In this document: piece after piece, positions 14,556-27,713 of the stretch
How positions within the stretch are numbered: position 1 is the stretch's first letter
Layout: the number at the start of each line of letters is the position of its first letter
Origin: Chrysomallon squamiferum
Taxonomy: Eukaryota; Animalia; Mollusca
NCBI GenBank assembly: GCA_012295275.1
Contig: CM022679.1
Location: 6,014,001-6,078,000, forward strand
DNA: 64,000 nucleotides
Reading direction: 5' to 3'
The notes under the pieces: generated by a model
What the model was told of the DNA's origin: nothing
Databases searched by the model: none
Seen by the model: only the letters and a program-made list of their open reading frames with translations
Position numbers and translations under genes: made by a program

Positions 14556-14975
14556 ACTTGTGCTTACTTCAAAATCTGTTAATCAGTTGGGTGATATATC
14601 CATAGCAGGCCTTCCAGTTGTGCTTAGTTCAAAGTCTGTTAATCAGTTGGGTGATATATCCATAGCAGGCCTTCCAGTTGTGCTTAGTTCAAAGTCTGTT
14701 AATCAGTTGGGTGATATATCCATAGCAGGCCTTCCAGTTGTGCTTAGTTCAAAGTCTGTTAACCAGTTGGGTGATATATCCATAGCAGGCCTTCCAGTTG
14801 TGCTTAGTTCAAATTCTGTTAATCAGTTGGATGATATATCCATAGCAGGCCTTCCAGTTGTGCTTACTTCAAAATCTACTAATCTGTTGGGTTCTGTATC
14901 CATAGCAGAATTTCCAGTTGTGCTTAATTTCTCTCTTCAGAAAACTCCATAACAGGCCTTCCAGTTGTGCTTATT
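14556..14975. repeat. 60-bp minisatellite (~6 units), related to the upstream array
   Basis: Unit AATCAGTTGGGTGATATATCCATAGCAGGCCTTCCAGTTGTGCTTAGTTCAAAGTCTGTT repeats in exact 60-bp register and shares the CATAGCAGGCCTTCCAGTTGTGCTTA core with the upstream array. Confidence 0.95.
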
Positions 14976-15157
14976 TTAAAGATGTAATCATCTGGCAACA
15001 ATATATAGTGTTTGCTAAATATACTGGAGTTTTATATAAACTGCAGCACTTCCAGATGTACAGACTGTTAAATTCTAACTGAATTATAACAAAAAGCAAT
15101 CTGTGCTAAACACTATTTGGGTCAAATTTATATAGCATACTCCAAGTTTGTTTATTA

Positions 15158-15189
<32 letters not shown>

Positions 15190-16871
15190 GGTGGGGCATA
15201 ATTCGTCTTTGGCTAGTTTATTAGGAAGTAGAACAGTTTGATAGTCACAAGGGGACACATTTTTTATTTCCTGTAAACACACAAAATGTATATAGAAAAG
15301 ATGTACTAAAAACAAAATGTTTGGTGTGAAGCAAACCCTACAAAATAGATTACAAACATGAATGAATTAAAAATCAAATCACAGTTTTGGAATATTATTT
15401 GTGTAGTCTTGGTATCACAGGAAAAATCTATGTAAAACTGTATTTGAATATAAAATCACTTAGACAATTGAATCAGTATTTTTCTGCTTAGGAAAGAAAA
15501 AATATATAATAAAATGTAAAGTTAGTTAATAATTAATACATTTATTCTATTGGTTTACACTTTTAATCAGAAAAATGAAAGAAAAAGGAAAACCAGTGTA
15601 GAGATGCAGTTATATAAAATGAACTATGATATAATAAAAAAAAAAAAAAAAAAAAAGCATTGTATCTAAGCATTGTAATTATATCTCACTAATGAAAAAT
15701 ATCTTTTTTTAAAACCCCATAAATTTTCCCCAGTTTGAATTATAATTGATGTGAAACTGGTTAGTGACAACTCCACTAATTTAACATTTACTCAGAAAAC
15801 TATAAAATAACTTAAATTCTATGATCCAGTTGATCAGTAACAATCAGTTTAGGATACTGGCTAATTATAACAGGGCTTGAGTTGTTCATTTTGTAACATT
15901 ATATATATGTGAAGTTGTAGTGGAATTAACACTACAGAATTAGTATTGATTTCAGTTTATTAACTGTATGTAAATATTTAATGTAGAAATAAGACATAGA
16001 TGCATGTGTCATCATTTCACTGAAATCACTTAGACAATTTTATACTGAAAAATAATACATAAAGAACATCAACTTTATACTGAGAAATAAAAAATATTAA
16101 CTACATATTGAAAAGTAATACAAAAAGATGATTCAAGATTTTTAGTAAGATAATCTTGGCAGAAAGTTAATTTTGTGAAATATGTAGTCACTATATACTC
16201 AAAATTATACTCACATATGTATTCTTGACTACTTAAATGTAATTTATATGCTGTTAATTATTATTAAAATTGATCATTGTACATTATTCAGAATCATAAC
16301 AGTATTTCACAAAATAAAAATAAAAACAAAATTTCAGTTGTTTGTTGTTTATTTGATTGTTAATGTAATTTTACAGATTACTTCACTGATAGTTTTTGTG
16401 ACATTAGAATGAATTGATGAAACAAGTGAAATCGTAAAGTTTTTCACTGGCTGTCTTTACATACTGCAGATGTTGTTATTTTCCAGTTCTAACGAGATTA
16501 CTTTATAAAAAAAAAGGCCTCAATTCAAATCAGTAAGAATGGATTCTTCAGTGATGGCAGCCAATTTCTTTTTATCAGTATAATTATATAACAATTTACT
16601 GAGTATTAAAATAATAAAATGGCTTCACTCATTAAATATCCATTCCTTTATTCAGTTTTGATTAAGCTAATATAAATATTCTTTGAGGTAACAGCATCTG
16701 AACAAACTTCTGCTATATATTAGTTGTTACCCTACAGGTGGGATGGTAAAAAAATAAAATATTAAATAAATAAATTAATTAATTAATAATAAAAATTTTA
16801 AAAAATTTAAATACCTTAACTGCTGGATTGGCTGTTTGGTAAGAAATATTTCACAGGGGTATAATGTTGAA

Positions 16872-16940
16872 TAGGGTGACTGGACATCCTGCTTTTTGAA
16901 GGAAAGTCCTGCTTTGGAGCATTTCTGTCCTCAAGAAGGA
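16872..16940 (+). mobile_element. Possible hAT (Blackjack-like) terminal remnant
   Basis: TAGGGTGACTGGACATCCTGCTTTTTGAAGGAAAGTCCTG resembles the TAGGGTGACC..GTCC terminus recalled for hAT-Blackjack elements. No matching right end was found. Confidence 0.35.
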
Positions 16941-18007
16941 TGATAATTTGGGGTGTTTGGTGTTTGCATAAAATAAATTATAAAAAATGTAAATTCACAT
17001 AATACATTAATATTCTTTTGAAACAGCTCATTAAGATAACAATAATTTCAGTTCATTTTTGACCATTCTATAATTAATACCTTAATGTCGACTGTTTTTC
17101 TTTCTTTATTATCAGTAGGAGTATTATTATTATTTGATCATTTATTTTATTTGCATTTACTTTTTAAATTATGAACCAAATGATTATTTCTGTGACTTTA
17201 TGAAATCAAAAGTGAGACCAATAGAAATTCTCATTCTCAGATTCTGTTGAGCCTTTAAAAGGGCTGTTCTTGTTTTGGTCTCTCGATTCCAGCCTTTTCA
17301 AAAGATGATGTATGCTTGGATCCTCTTAGTCTTATTGGTATAAGATCTTTATTTATATTGTTACTGTGTTAGCAACAATACAAATAATGAAAGGGATCCT
17401 GTTACCATCATGTATTTGGTTATTATTATTTTTTGTTTCGGGATTAGGGATTTTTGATGAGGGATTAGGGATTTTTGATGAGGGATTTTTGTATAAATGT
17501 CTCTTAAACAGGTGAATGGTTCACACAGTACAGTATGTCTTACTGGTAGTCTTGACCATCTAAGACGGGGTGAATGACTTTATTTTCTCAGATTATATTT
17601 GTTTCCTTAAAAGTGATTTGTATATAAAATTACTTATAAGGAAGAGTAAAATGAAACTTCACCAAACACAGGCAAATGTATTCTCAATGAATAACATCTG
17701 AAAGTCATATATCACAAATTAATACAACCCCCACCCAAAAAGTTAAATTTTTGCTAAAAACAGACTTCTCTTACAGTACAAGAGAAATGATTTATAATAC
17801 AAAAAAATATATCAGAGACATTATATTTATTCATAAATAGCAGCTGTATAAAATACATGCAGGAATTAACGAAAAATCTCATCACTTGAAGGCATCTCTT
17901 AATAGCTTACTGCAGGATCTTATTTAAATAACAGTTATCAAGTTATGATTAAACAATGCAGCACAATATGCACTGTATTCAGTGTTTATAGTTATTTAAA
18001 AACAGTA

Positions 18008-18076
<69 letters not shown>

Positions 18077-18078
18077 TA
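18008..18078. repeat. (AAT)n microsatellite
   Basis: About 20 consecutive AAT units. Confidence 0.95.
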
Positions 18079-18399
18079 AAAAGCCCATTTACCATTATTT
18101 TTAAATGTGCTCAATTCCATAATCATAGTTAACACTGTAAATAAATGTTTGACTTAATCATATTTAAAATACTCTAATAACTTTATTAACCTTGAAGCGA
18201 ATATATATAAATTATATTATATAATAATATACCTATTATATGCAAATGTCAATCCATACATGATACAATTTTTTTGTTACGTGTGTATAATAAATCTGTT
18301 TTTATTCTAAATTATAATTGTTGTTTTATTATATTTGTTTTTGTTTTAATTTATATACATGTTATTACTACAGCACTGTGGTGTAATGTAAATGGGGTT

Positions 18400-18848
18400 A
18401 CATATTTTCCGAAACATATTCAGCTTCGTATTCGTTTTCGTTTCTTGACAATAACATCATAAACATGAGATCTTTAATAAATAACAGAGAATCAGCAGGC
18501 ATGTTTACCAGTTCAAAATGACTGTCAAACAATTAAGGTACGTTTATTCGCAATTTAAATCATATATAAGTTGCAGAGTATGCCTTTCTCTCACAGTCTT
18601 CGAATTTCAAGTAATATATGAGGTAGCTCTTACGATCTCATAGTATTATGACAAGAATTTTTAATAAGTCGCTTGTATATAAATGTATGTAAAGAAATAA
18701 ATAGTTTTGTTAAAATAAATCGACAGAATTTATCTTATTTTTTAATTATAAATACTAACGAATTATGAGTATGTTTTCTGTTTATTATTTTATTTAGAAA
18801 AGAAAGTAAATAGATTTTTGTTTGATACAAGCGAACGAAGAGATCAAA
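18400..18848 (+). promoter_or_regulatory. CpG-enriched promoter/5' region of COPS3, with a probable non-coding 5' exon
   Basis: CG dinucleotides are visibly denser than in the CpG-poor flanks. Donor AAG|GTACGT at 18537 and acceptor TTTTATTTAG at 18797 lie upstream of the ATG. Confidence 0.5.
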
Positions 18849-21800
18849 ATGGCTACTGCATTAGAGCAGTATGTGAACACGGTTCAAACTTTGTCATCAC
18901 AGGGTAATTTGTGTTTTATGTACTTAAAAAAAGAGGAACGAACACAGTTTCTTTTTGCATTTATATCTATCTGATGATATTTTAAATATATTTTATTTTC
19001 ATTAGAGCTGTTAAAAATAATTAATCAATCTTCGATGGAAAGAGTAGTTGATTAGTCATATTTAGTGATTAGCAGATTACTGACTGAAAGATCAAGGCGA
19101 GAGTAGAATTGAAATCAATAACTTTTTACATTTTATAGTAGAATATATGTCTCTCAGTTTATAGAAACTAAGCTAGAAAAATACAGACGTTAAAAACGAA
19201 GGAAGTAATTAGACAAACAATTATTTATAACTTGCATCATAATCTTGACATCACATGGGATAAATTTGGGGTAAAATCCGTCTGCGCTGCAGCTAATAGT
19301 AATAATACTAGAATAGTGTTACCAACATATTTCCTTTATAATTAATGATGTGACTCTTAACCATGCAATGGTAAATAGATAACTGTTCTATTACAACAAC
19401 AATCATTGTAATTACTACTACTAATAAAATTAATGATAATGTGGAAATGTAAACTAATACTGTTACAGTTAGAATTGTGTAACTTTTCTGAACTAACATT
19501 TTTTTTTTTAATTAATTAATTAATTATTATTATTATTATTTCAGGTAACTTTACTCAGCTGTGTGAGTTTATTAGTAAAAGTGCTGAGGTTTTAACAAAG
19601 AATGCTGCTCATCTTGATAATGTGCTGGCAACTCTGGATGTACAGCAGCATTCACTTGGCATTCTTGGAATTTTGTAAGCATCTTTTCTGATAAATGATT
19701 TTAAATCACTTTTACTTTTTTCTTTTTTTTAAAGATTTAGATTTTATGTATCTTGGGAATGCATTTAAAGATTATGTAAACAGACATATTTCAATTATTT
19801 AGAAAAACAAATGTTTATATTATCTTTTAGAAAATTTATTTAGTTTATTTTGTTTTATTCTTGTGTTCACAATGGAGTTAGCTTATTTAATAATACAATG
19901 CAATATGAGTATATTAATGTTTTACTGAATAATGTTTTTTACTAAATAATTATTTTGCTATAGAGAGTGTTAACTTATTAATTTTAATTTGCTGATATAC
20001 AAAAATTAAAGTTAAACTAAAATAGTATTCCTTTTAGTAATTAAAGCTATTTTAATTTCAGATGTGTAAAATACAATCTTCCTCACATCCCTGATTTTGA
20101 GACACTGTTTGTTCAGACACAAGAGTTTATTGTGACATGCAATGGAGAACAAGTTAGATATGCCACAGACAGCTGTAAGTTACTGAGTTTATTAACAGAT
20201 TATATTACACAAGGTTAATATCTGAACATAACCAGTCTGGACTTGTATGAAAAAAGTTCAGTAAAATTAGTAAAATACTATATATTTAAAGAAGAAATTT
20301 TCCCTAAATTAATATCCATCCCTTAAGTTAGCAGCCTGACAAAACTTTACTAAAAAAATCTTTAAATAGTATATATGTATCCATCTTGTTTTATGCTGTA
20401 TTGATCCAGACATTCAGTTATAATTATTGCTAGTGTGTGATGATGTCAAATTATTATTATTATCTTTAGTTTAATATTTCCATCAACCTCTACTAAATGT
20501 TAAAAGTTAGCTATTTTTGGGGGGGATCTTCAAACCAAACTGTAATTAATAACTATTTACATTTGATTTTTCATTTTTGAAAGTTGTTAATGGATTATAA
20601 AAAATATTATTCTATATTTTTTAAAACAGTTGCTGATCTTTGCCACAAATTTACCCACAATCTAGTAGAGAAAAAACAAGTAAGTGATCAATAAAACTTT
20701 GCATAAAGACATCTCTTCTAATATCTCCAAATATATTACTACTTCAGATATACATAGTATACCAAATCTTTTCTTTACAAAAATCATTCACAAAAACAAC
20801 TTCTGTTATTTGTGTCCAAATATTTTTTCACTAAATGTTAAATATTAATGCTTTAGTAGTTTTTCTAATAAACTTTGTATTTGCATATATATATATATTT
20901 TTGTTTTTAATTGTTTAGGCTCTTCGAGGTATAGCAATCCTCACAAAAGCTATACAAAAAATACAGCTGTTTCCCAGTCAGTTGACATCAATTCATTCAG
21001 ATCTTTGCCAGGTATATTTATTGTATTTTAATTTTTATTACATTATTTAATATCCCAAATTATGCTTAAAACATATACAATATGATGTCGAATAAGTTAA
21101 ATAAAATAAAATACTATGTATTTGTAATTGTACAGAATATATATATATATATATACTTCTCAGAAAAAAGAAATAAAATTTATTCATCAACTTACACCTC
21201 AACTGTGATTCATATTATATTTATTTGTGTGGTTAGTTTTATAATATTTATAAAAATAATAACAGAACTTACTTTTAGGCAATGAGTGGCAAATTTTTAT
21301 CATAATGATTCAAATTTAATTTTCCAGCTGTGTCTTCTGTCTAAAAACTTGAAACCAGCTCTTCAGTTTCTTGACAGTGACATCACAGATCTTAGCAGAG
21401 AGGTTGGTTTTTTTGCAGTCAAACTACATTACATATTTACTTATAATTGACATGTCTTGAGATGTCCGTGAAAATAATTATTTATGTATATAAAGCTATA
21501 ACTTAATAATTAGGTTAGGTAAAACTGAGATCACTTTGAAATAGTATAATCTAAATAAACGTATAATTTTAAAACAAGATTTTGCTGAACTATATTTATA
21601 ACTGGTTTGCTGCTCAGATCAATGGTTAGGGCTTCTAATGTCACAGATAAAATTATTTTTTGTTTTGACAGTATGATACTAAATAATTTACTTGACGTGT
21701 TAGTTTACTGATATATTTCATACGAATATTTTGTTTTTACCAGGGTGGACAGTATGATGCAAAGGACTTTCTGTCATATTTTTACTATGGTGGCATGATC

Positions 21801-24800
21801 TACACAGCTCTAAAACAGTACAAACGAGGTCTTTACTTCTTTGAAATTGTAAGTACTTGACAGCTAACATAGTTACATGCAAACAAAAATTAACCAGATT
21901 GCACTTAGCATAATGATAATTTATATTGTTTAAAACATTTATTTTGTTGTAATCATGTGTTCTTTGTTCTCACATGAGATTAAACATTTATTAATTTATT
22001 TTGTTAATGATCTTGGAAGATTTAAAAATAAATATTTTGTTTCACTTAATGTATAATGCAATTATTTCAGGCTGTCACCACACCAAGTATGGCTGTTAGT
22101 CATATTATGATGGAATCCTATAAGAAGTTTATTCTACTTGCTCTTATTGTCCATGGCAAAGTAAGTATTCTGTCATTGTCTTGGTATTTGTAAAGGTATA
22201 GAATTTAGTTGAGACAAACTTTATCTCACCATGACAGTTTCTGTTATGAGGTGTTGGTTTTAATTATTTGCTTTACCATACCAAAATATAGTTAATCATT
22301 ATCAATATATTCAGCCAAAGCATTTTCATTTTCTTCTTAACATTTTATCTCCATCTTTCTTTAATCAGAATCAGAAATAGAAAATAATAGTTTAATTTTA
22401 AATAATTTTGAGCTGATTTTCTTTATACTAGTGACAGCAGATGTTGCAGTTTTAATATTAACTATCACTGACAAACAAGTTACAAATATAAAATAATAAT
22501 AACCATATTGCTGATATCACTACTGACACTTTCACTTTTTCCTTCAGATACCAAATCTTCCCAAATACACTTCACAAGTGGTCCCAAGATATATAAAGGT
22601 AATTTCATAGCATATATTTTATTATTGCATGATTTGTGACTGGTGATTATAGTGAGTAATATGCATTTTATTTCATCTTTCATGTATAATTAAATTATTA
22701 TGTACAAAAGTGTAAATAATAATAAAGGTAATTTCAAAACATTAATAATGATATGCATGAGAAACTGTTACATCATTATGAAGTTATTTGATAAACAGAT
22801 AGGTAATTTATAAGAACTATATATATTTTTCAATTTTGTTTTCGTTTTCAGCCATTGTGTCAGGCCTATCATGATCTTGCCAATGCTTATGGAACAAACA
22901 ATCCAACAGAACTGCGAGCTGCAGTGTCTAAAAACACAGAGGTTTACAACAGGGTAAATAGTTACACAGTTTATTTGGCCATTCTCTTTTACCTTTTTGC
23001 TGATCATTTAAAAATGTTTAGCTGTTTTATTCTTCAGTACACAAGACAATATAACTTTGTCTGTGTAGGTTTTAAAATCAAGTGATATTCATTCCAAACA
23101 AATTTCTTTGTTTATTGCTTGCTTTACTTTACATTAATTAAAAAGAAAGTTGTCAAGTCTTGGTATGGTGTAAAGGTAGCAATATGTTACATAATTTAAA
23201 TATGATTTTTTATTTTTTTCAGGACACAAATTATGGTCTAGTTAAGCAGTGTGTTACATCAATATACAAGAAAAATATTCAGAGGCTGACAAAGGTATTT
23301 TATCTTTTAAAGTCTTCTTGGATTAAATTTTGACCGGTGTTTTGAATCTGATTTTCAGCAAAAATTATTGAACGTTTATTTTATTTTAACCTCAGTTGCT
23401 GATTAAATGTGCACATTAAACAAAAAAGAAAAACCTGTTAAGTGTTTTACTTTTTCTTTTGTTTTTATGTATTTAGAACATGAAACAATATTCTATATAT
23501 TCTCATTACACAAATATATGATTTAACAAACCTATTTGTCTGTATTTGACATATATTTAATCAAATTAATTTTTTCAGATTGGAAATTAAAATAAATAAC
23601 TGTGTTGACTAAAATCTAGATTCAGTTAAAAATGAAAAAATTAGGTTCTAAGCATGATTAGGTTTAAACAGATTTCAATGCATATATCAATATGTTTTTT
23701 GTCTGTCTATATCAATCTCTATCTATGTAAATGTGTGTGTGTGTGTTTTTTTTTCTATCTTTAAGTTAATAATGTTATTATGTTGTTTTTCTCTTTCTTT
23801 CAGACATTCCTTACTTTGTCACTAACAGATATGGCCAACAGAGTTCAGCTGTCTGGACCTAAAGAAGCAGAAAAATATGTTTTACACATGGTGAGCAGTT
23901 GTAAACAGTTTTGTCTTAAAGTAATTATAGTACAAGTTTGCTTCCTTGTGATTTTTTTGTTTTTATGGATTAATGATTATATAGAAAGTTTCTTTTAATG
24001 TTGTGGAAATATTTATTTATGTTAAAGTGTATATGACAAATTACCAAAATATATTTTGTAAAATTCAGATAGTTTATACATTATTTCTTAGATATCAGAT
24101 GTTGATAATAATTAATGAACAGTAAAATAATAACATAAATATACCTGAAAACATCTATGTGAAATGTCACAGTAAATTTTTTTTTTATTTTAAACAAAAT
24201 ACATCCTTTGTGCATTCCCTAAGGGAATTAATTAATAATAATAATAATAATAAAAAACTTTCAAATTTAATTAGCCTATTAAATAGTCCATACTGATTTT
24301 TTATTATTATTATTTATTAATTTCATCATTATTAAATTTGTTTTTTATAAAAAAAAAAAAAATTCTCACAAAGAATATCATTCATATTCAAATGGGGAAA
24401 ACATTACATTATTTATTTAATTTCTTTTTTAAAAACATCAGATTGAAGATGGTGAAATTTTTGCCACAATTAATCAAAAAGACGGTATGGTTCGTTTTCA
24501 TGACAACCCAGAAAAGTATAATAGTTCTTCCACATTACTACAGGTGGATCAAGAGGTAAGGAATGCATTAATAATAACACACTTTTAACCTAACTTGAAT
24601 TTTAGTAAATATTATAAGTTTTGCTTTGGGTATAACATTCTTTGAACTTGTAGCAAAAGTGTATGGTCTTCACAAACTACTTTCACAGAATGATAGTGTT
24701 AACATTAAATAAACCTAATATATAAACACATGGACCTATCAGTGAAAATTAAATTTTAGGCATCTTGTATTTACTTGTCTTTGCTCTTTTCGCACCTAAA

Positions 24801-25292
24801 GCTATGTACTTAACAAGTCCATATAGAATCATTTTATTTTTTAGATGCAAAAATGTATGCAGCTGGATGAAAAATTAAAAGAAATGGACAGAGAAATCTC
24901 AGTAAATCCACAGTATGTTCAAAAGGTAATGCTTTCTTAATCACTGATCAACTGTACCATTTAGATATTATAAAAGAAAAAGCTATCACTAATTTCTCAT
25001 TACAGCTTGTATCTCCTGTCTGGTTCATCAGAGGCTTTAGTGTGTGTTTTTATTTCTGTATAATGTTGATAAATATAGACCCAGTACTGACAATAGCAGA
25101 TTATTTCTGTCATATAATCATTCAGAGAATTTTTTAAAAAGAAAGAATTTAACTTAATAATTACTGTTCGTGTTAATATTATTATGTCAAGAGTGGTTAA
25201 GCAAATATTTATTCACTTTAAAATTTATCTTTCAGAGTTCTAGTTCTCATGAAGATGATTTACCAGGTTCATCAAAAGGCCAAGGTTACTAA
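18849..25292 (+). CDS. COPS3: COP9 signalosome complex subunit 3 (15 coding exons, 424 aa)
   Basis: Exons 18849-18903, 19545-19674, 20062-20174, 20630-20679, 20919-21011, 21328-21402, 21744-21848, 22071-22160, 22548-22598, 22852-22953, 23223-23294, 23804-23890, 24442-24555, 24845-24925, 25236-25292 total 1275 nt. Protein [19 protein letters not shown]...YYGGMIY...[56 protein letters not shown] matches CSN3 including the PCI domain. Confidence 0.98.
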
Positions 25293-26844
25293 AGCAATGA
25301 ACAGAAATTATTAATTTATACAATGTTATGAAGTGACAGTAAATAAAATACCAGTGTTTGTGATAATATTAGAAAGGGAAAAATACTGACTTGATAAAAC
25401 ATTGTAAATTGTTCGGTGCAGTTTTCACCTGCCACAGATGATATGAAATATCTTGTCAGACAGTGATGTAAATGTTCCAAAACATTTAATCTTATGGTTT
25501 TATCCTTAAGCCCTTCAGCTGAAAAAACAAAAATGTGCATCCTCCGATAAAATTAGTTCTTAAAGCTTTTTGCTTTATTTTTGTAAATGAAAAGCTTGTA
25601 AAAAAAATAAAAAAAAATAAAAAAAATAAGTAGAGCTTTGTATCAGTGGTAAATTCTATGAAATAATTCCAAAGGATTAGTGTTTTTTGTTCTTTTGCAG
25701 CCCATAAAATACAAAGTATAATAAATGTTTGAAGGTATTTGGTTTTTGGAGGCATTGGAGATATATAAAGTATTATGAATTCACATTATTAAGTTTTAAG
25801 GGGTAATTGCAAATACAGCATTTGATGTAGGACGGAACTATCAAATAAAAGAAATTTTAATGTCATTGATATTTATTTAAATTTTGGTGGTCAGAACTAG
25901 CCTTTAGATCTTGGACATATTGAAGCAAATGATCAGTGAATTGTCATAAATGTACTAAAATGTGTTATACAAATTACATTACATTTACAGAATTATATAA
26001 TATTGCAGTAAAAACATTCACATAATAATTAATTTCTGTGAGACATACGGAACATTTCACTTTCATAAGCTGTTGGCTGCATTATAATTAACTGCACTGA
26101 TTTAAGACAAAGAAATAATTATAAAGACACATACAAAATTATTATAACTGTTTTAGGAAGCATCTAATGATGTATGTTGGTCTGTATAAATATAATTGCT
26201 TTTTGATGAAACACTATCTTGCCAAAATGTAGTCTTTATATACCTGTTTTTCCTGGGTCGTATTTCATTATTGAAACTGTATTAACAATCAGAATAATCT
26301 TCAAATCAGTAAAAACAACATTTGGAAAAAAGTATGACATATCAACTCTCAGTATGAAACAATATATAATTCATTGATCAACAGCTTACTAATTTAAAGA
26401 AATGATAGTTTGACCGATATATCTCTACCATCAACTGTCAGAAGTGATTACAATTTAGGGTTTTCTGTAATTTCCTTGTTATAAAAGAAATGTATTTCAT
26501 TATGAGAATGCTCCTTAATCTGTTCAGAAATATTTGCTTTAGAATGTTTATATAACATTCATTTAATTCTGTTAACATATGATTCTTAAATAATTCAACA
26601 ATTACTGCCATCTGGTTTTTTTGTTTGTCCTTTTTCTCAGGTCCTGGTAACAAAAAGAGCAATTATTCAGCTATCAGATGATACAAAATGATACAAAATG
26701 TGAAATATGCTAGTGTAAATAAAATGGAGATTTATATTTTACTGTAATTATTTTTCTGTCAGTTTTGTCATAAAAGATAAAAATCATTATAATTTGGAGG
26801 CGTTTTTCTTATTCCTCCACAAATTAGTGTTATCAATAGACATG

Positions 26845-27030
26845 ATATACATTAGCCTGTCTTTAGGAAGTTGCATGTAAAGGATTATTTGCTACTAATC
26901 AGAAAGAGCAACCCATTTTATGTTAGTAGTGGGATTTCTCTTTTATCCAACAACTATCATATGTGACTTCATGATTATAACAACAGATTGAAAATGTTTT
27001 GACTGTATAATTAAATAAGAATACTACTTC
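26845..27030 (+). mobile_element. Degenerate SINE remnant (Meta-domain-like, mollusc type)
   Basis: CCTGTCTTTAGGAAGTTGCATGTAAAGGATTATTTGCTACTAATCAGAAAGAGCAACCCAT resembles the recalled mollusc MetaSINE core (CCTGTCTGTGGGATGGTGCATATAAAAGATCCCTTGCTGCTAATCGAAAAGAGTAGCCCAT). From memory only; needs a Dfam/Repbase check. Confidence 0.45.
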
Positions 27031-27713
27031 TATTCTTTCTTTACCTGGAATAACTCTACTTGATAAATGTTTAACATTAAAATTATCTCCTTACTCAGGA
27101 AACATAAAATTATTTCCACTACACGTTTTCAAATAACACTTAAAATTAAACAGTAGCACAAAATTTGCACACCACAGCCTATTAGATTATCTGACACATT
27201 ATTCCAAGTTTGATTTCAAAATCAGTTTCCATGTATGTGACATGAAGAAAGATTTTCAAGGGTTGTGTAACGAACAGCATGAAATCGAAAATGCATTGTA
27301 ACCAATTCAGATATTAATTTCACATTGTATAAAAGGTTTATACAAAAATTAATCAAAATCTAAATCAAAATCTAAATTTTTAAATGAAATTGGGGGTGGA
27401 AAAGCTCAGAAATTACAGTAATGCTTTTTTTAAATAATATTTAATGAATATAACTTTTTATGGTAATAATTTACTTAAATCTCACATCAATGAAGATTTA
27501 AGATTTTTCATCAAAAATCTTTATCAAAAATACCTCTGCTGTTTATACAGTCTCATCAAACAGTTACAGAAGAAATTAACAAAATATTTTTAAAAATTGT
27601 ATTTATTATTTCTTTGTTTTTTAAATATTATTATTATTTTTTTTTTTTCTTATTGATTGCTGTAAAATGTGTCACAGTAATAAATAAAGGGAAAAAAATA
27701 TGAAGCATCTGTG

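Noticed and set aside
14560-14930. Minus-strand frame with one TGA per repeat (possible selenoprotein)
   Set aside because: It arises from the satellite unit. No SECIS was recognised and the related array frameshifts.
14560-14952. 130-aa repetitive ORF (SSKSVNQLGDISIAGLPVVL)n
   Set aside because: It is open only because the unit is 60 bp and stop-free in one frame. It has no ATG or splice context, and sibling units of 47 and 62 bp break frame.
12276-14975. CRISPR-like array (conserved core with variable spacers)
   Set aside because: The spacers are homologous to one another, the context is eukaryotic and there are no cas genes. It is a minisatellite.
17220-17400. Exon-like GC-richer segment
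   Set aside because: Only short open frames on both strands, with no consistent donor/acceptor pair or known motif.
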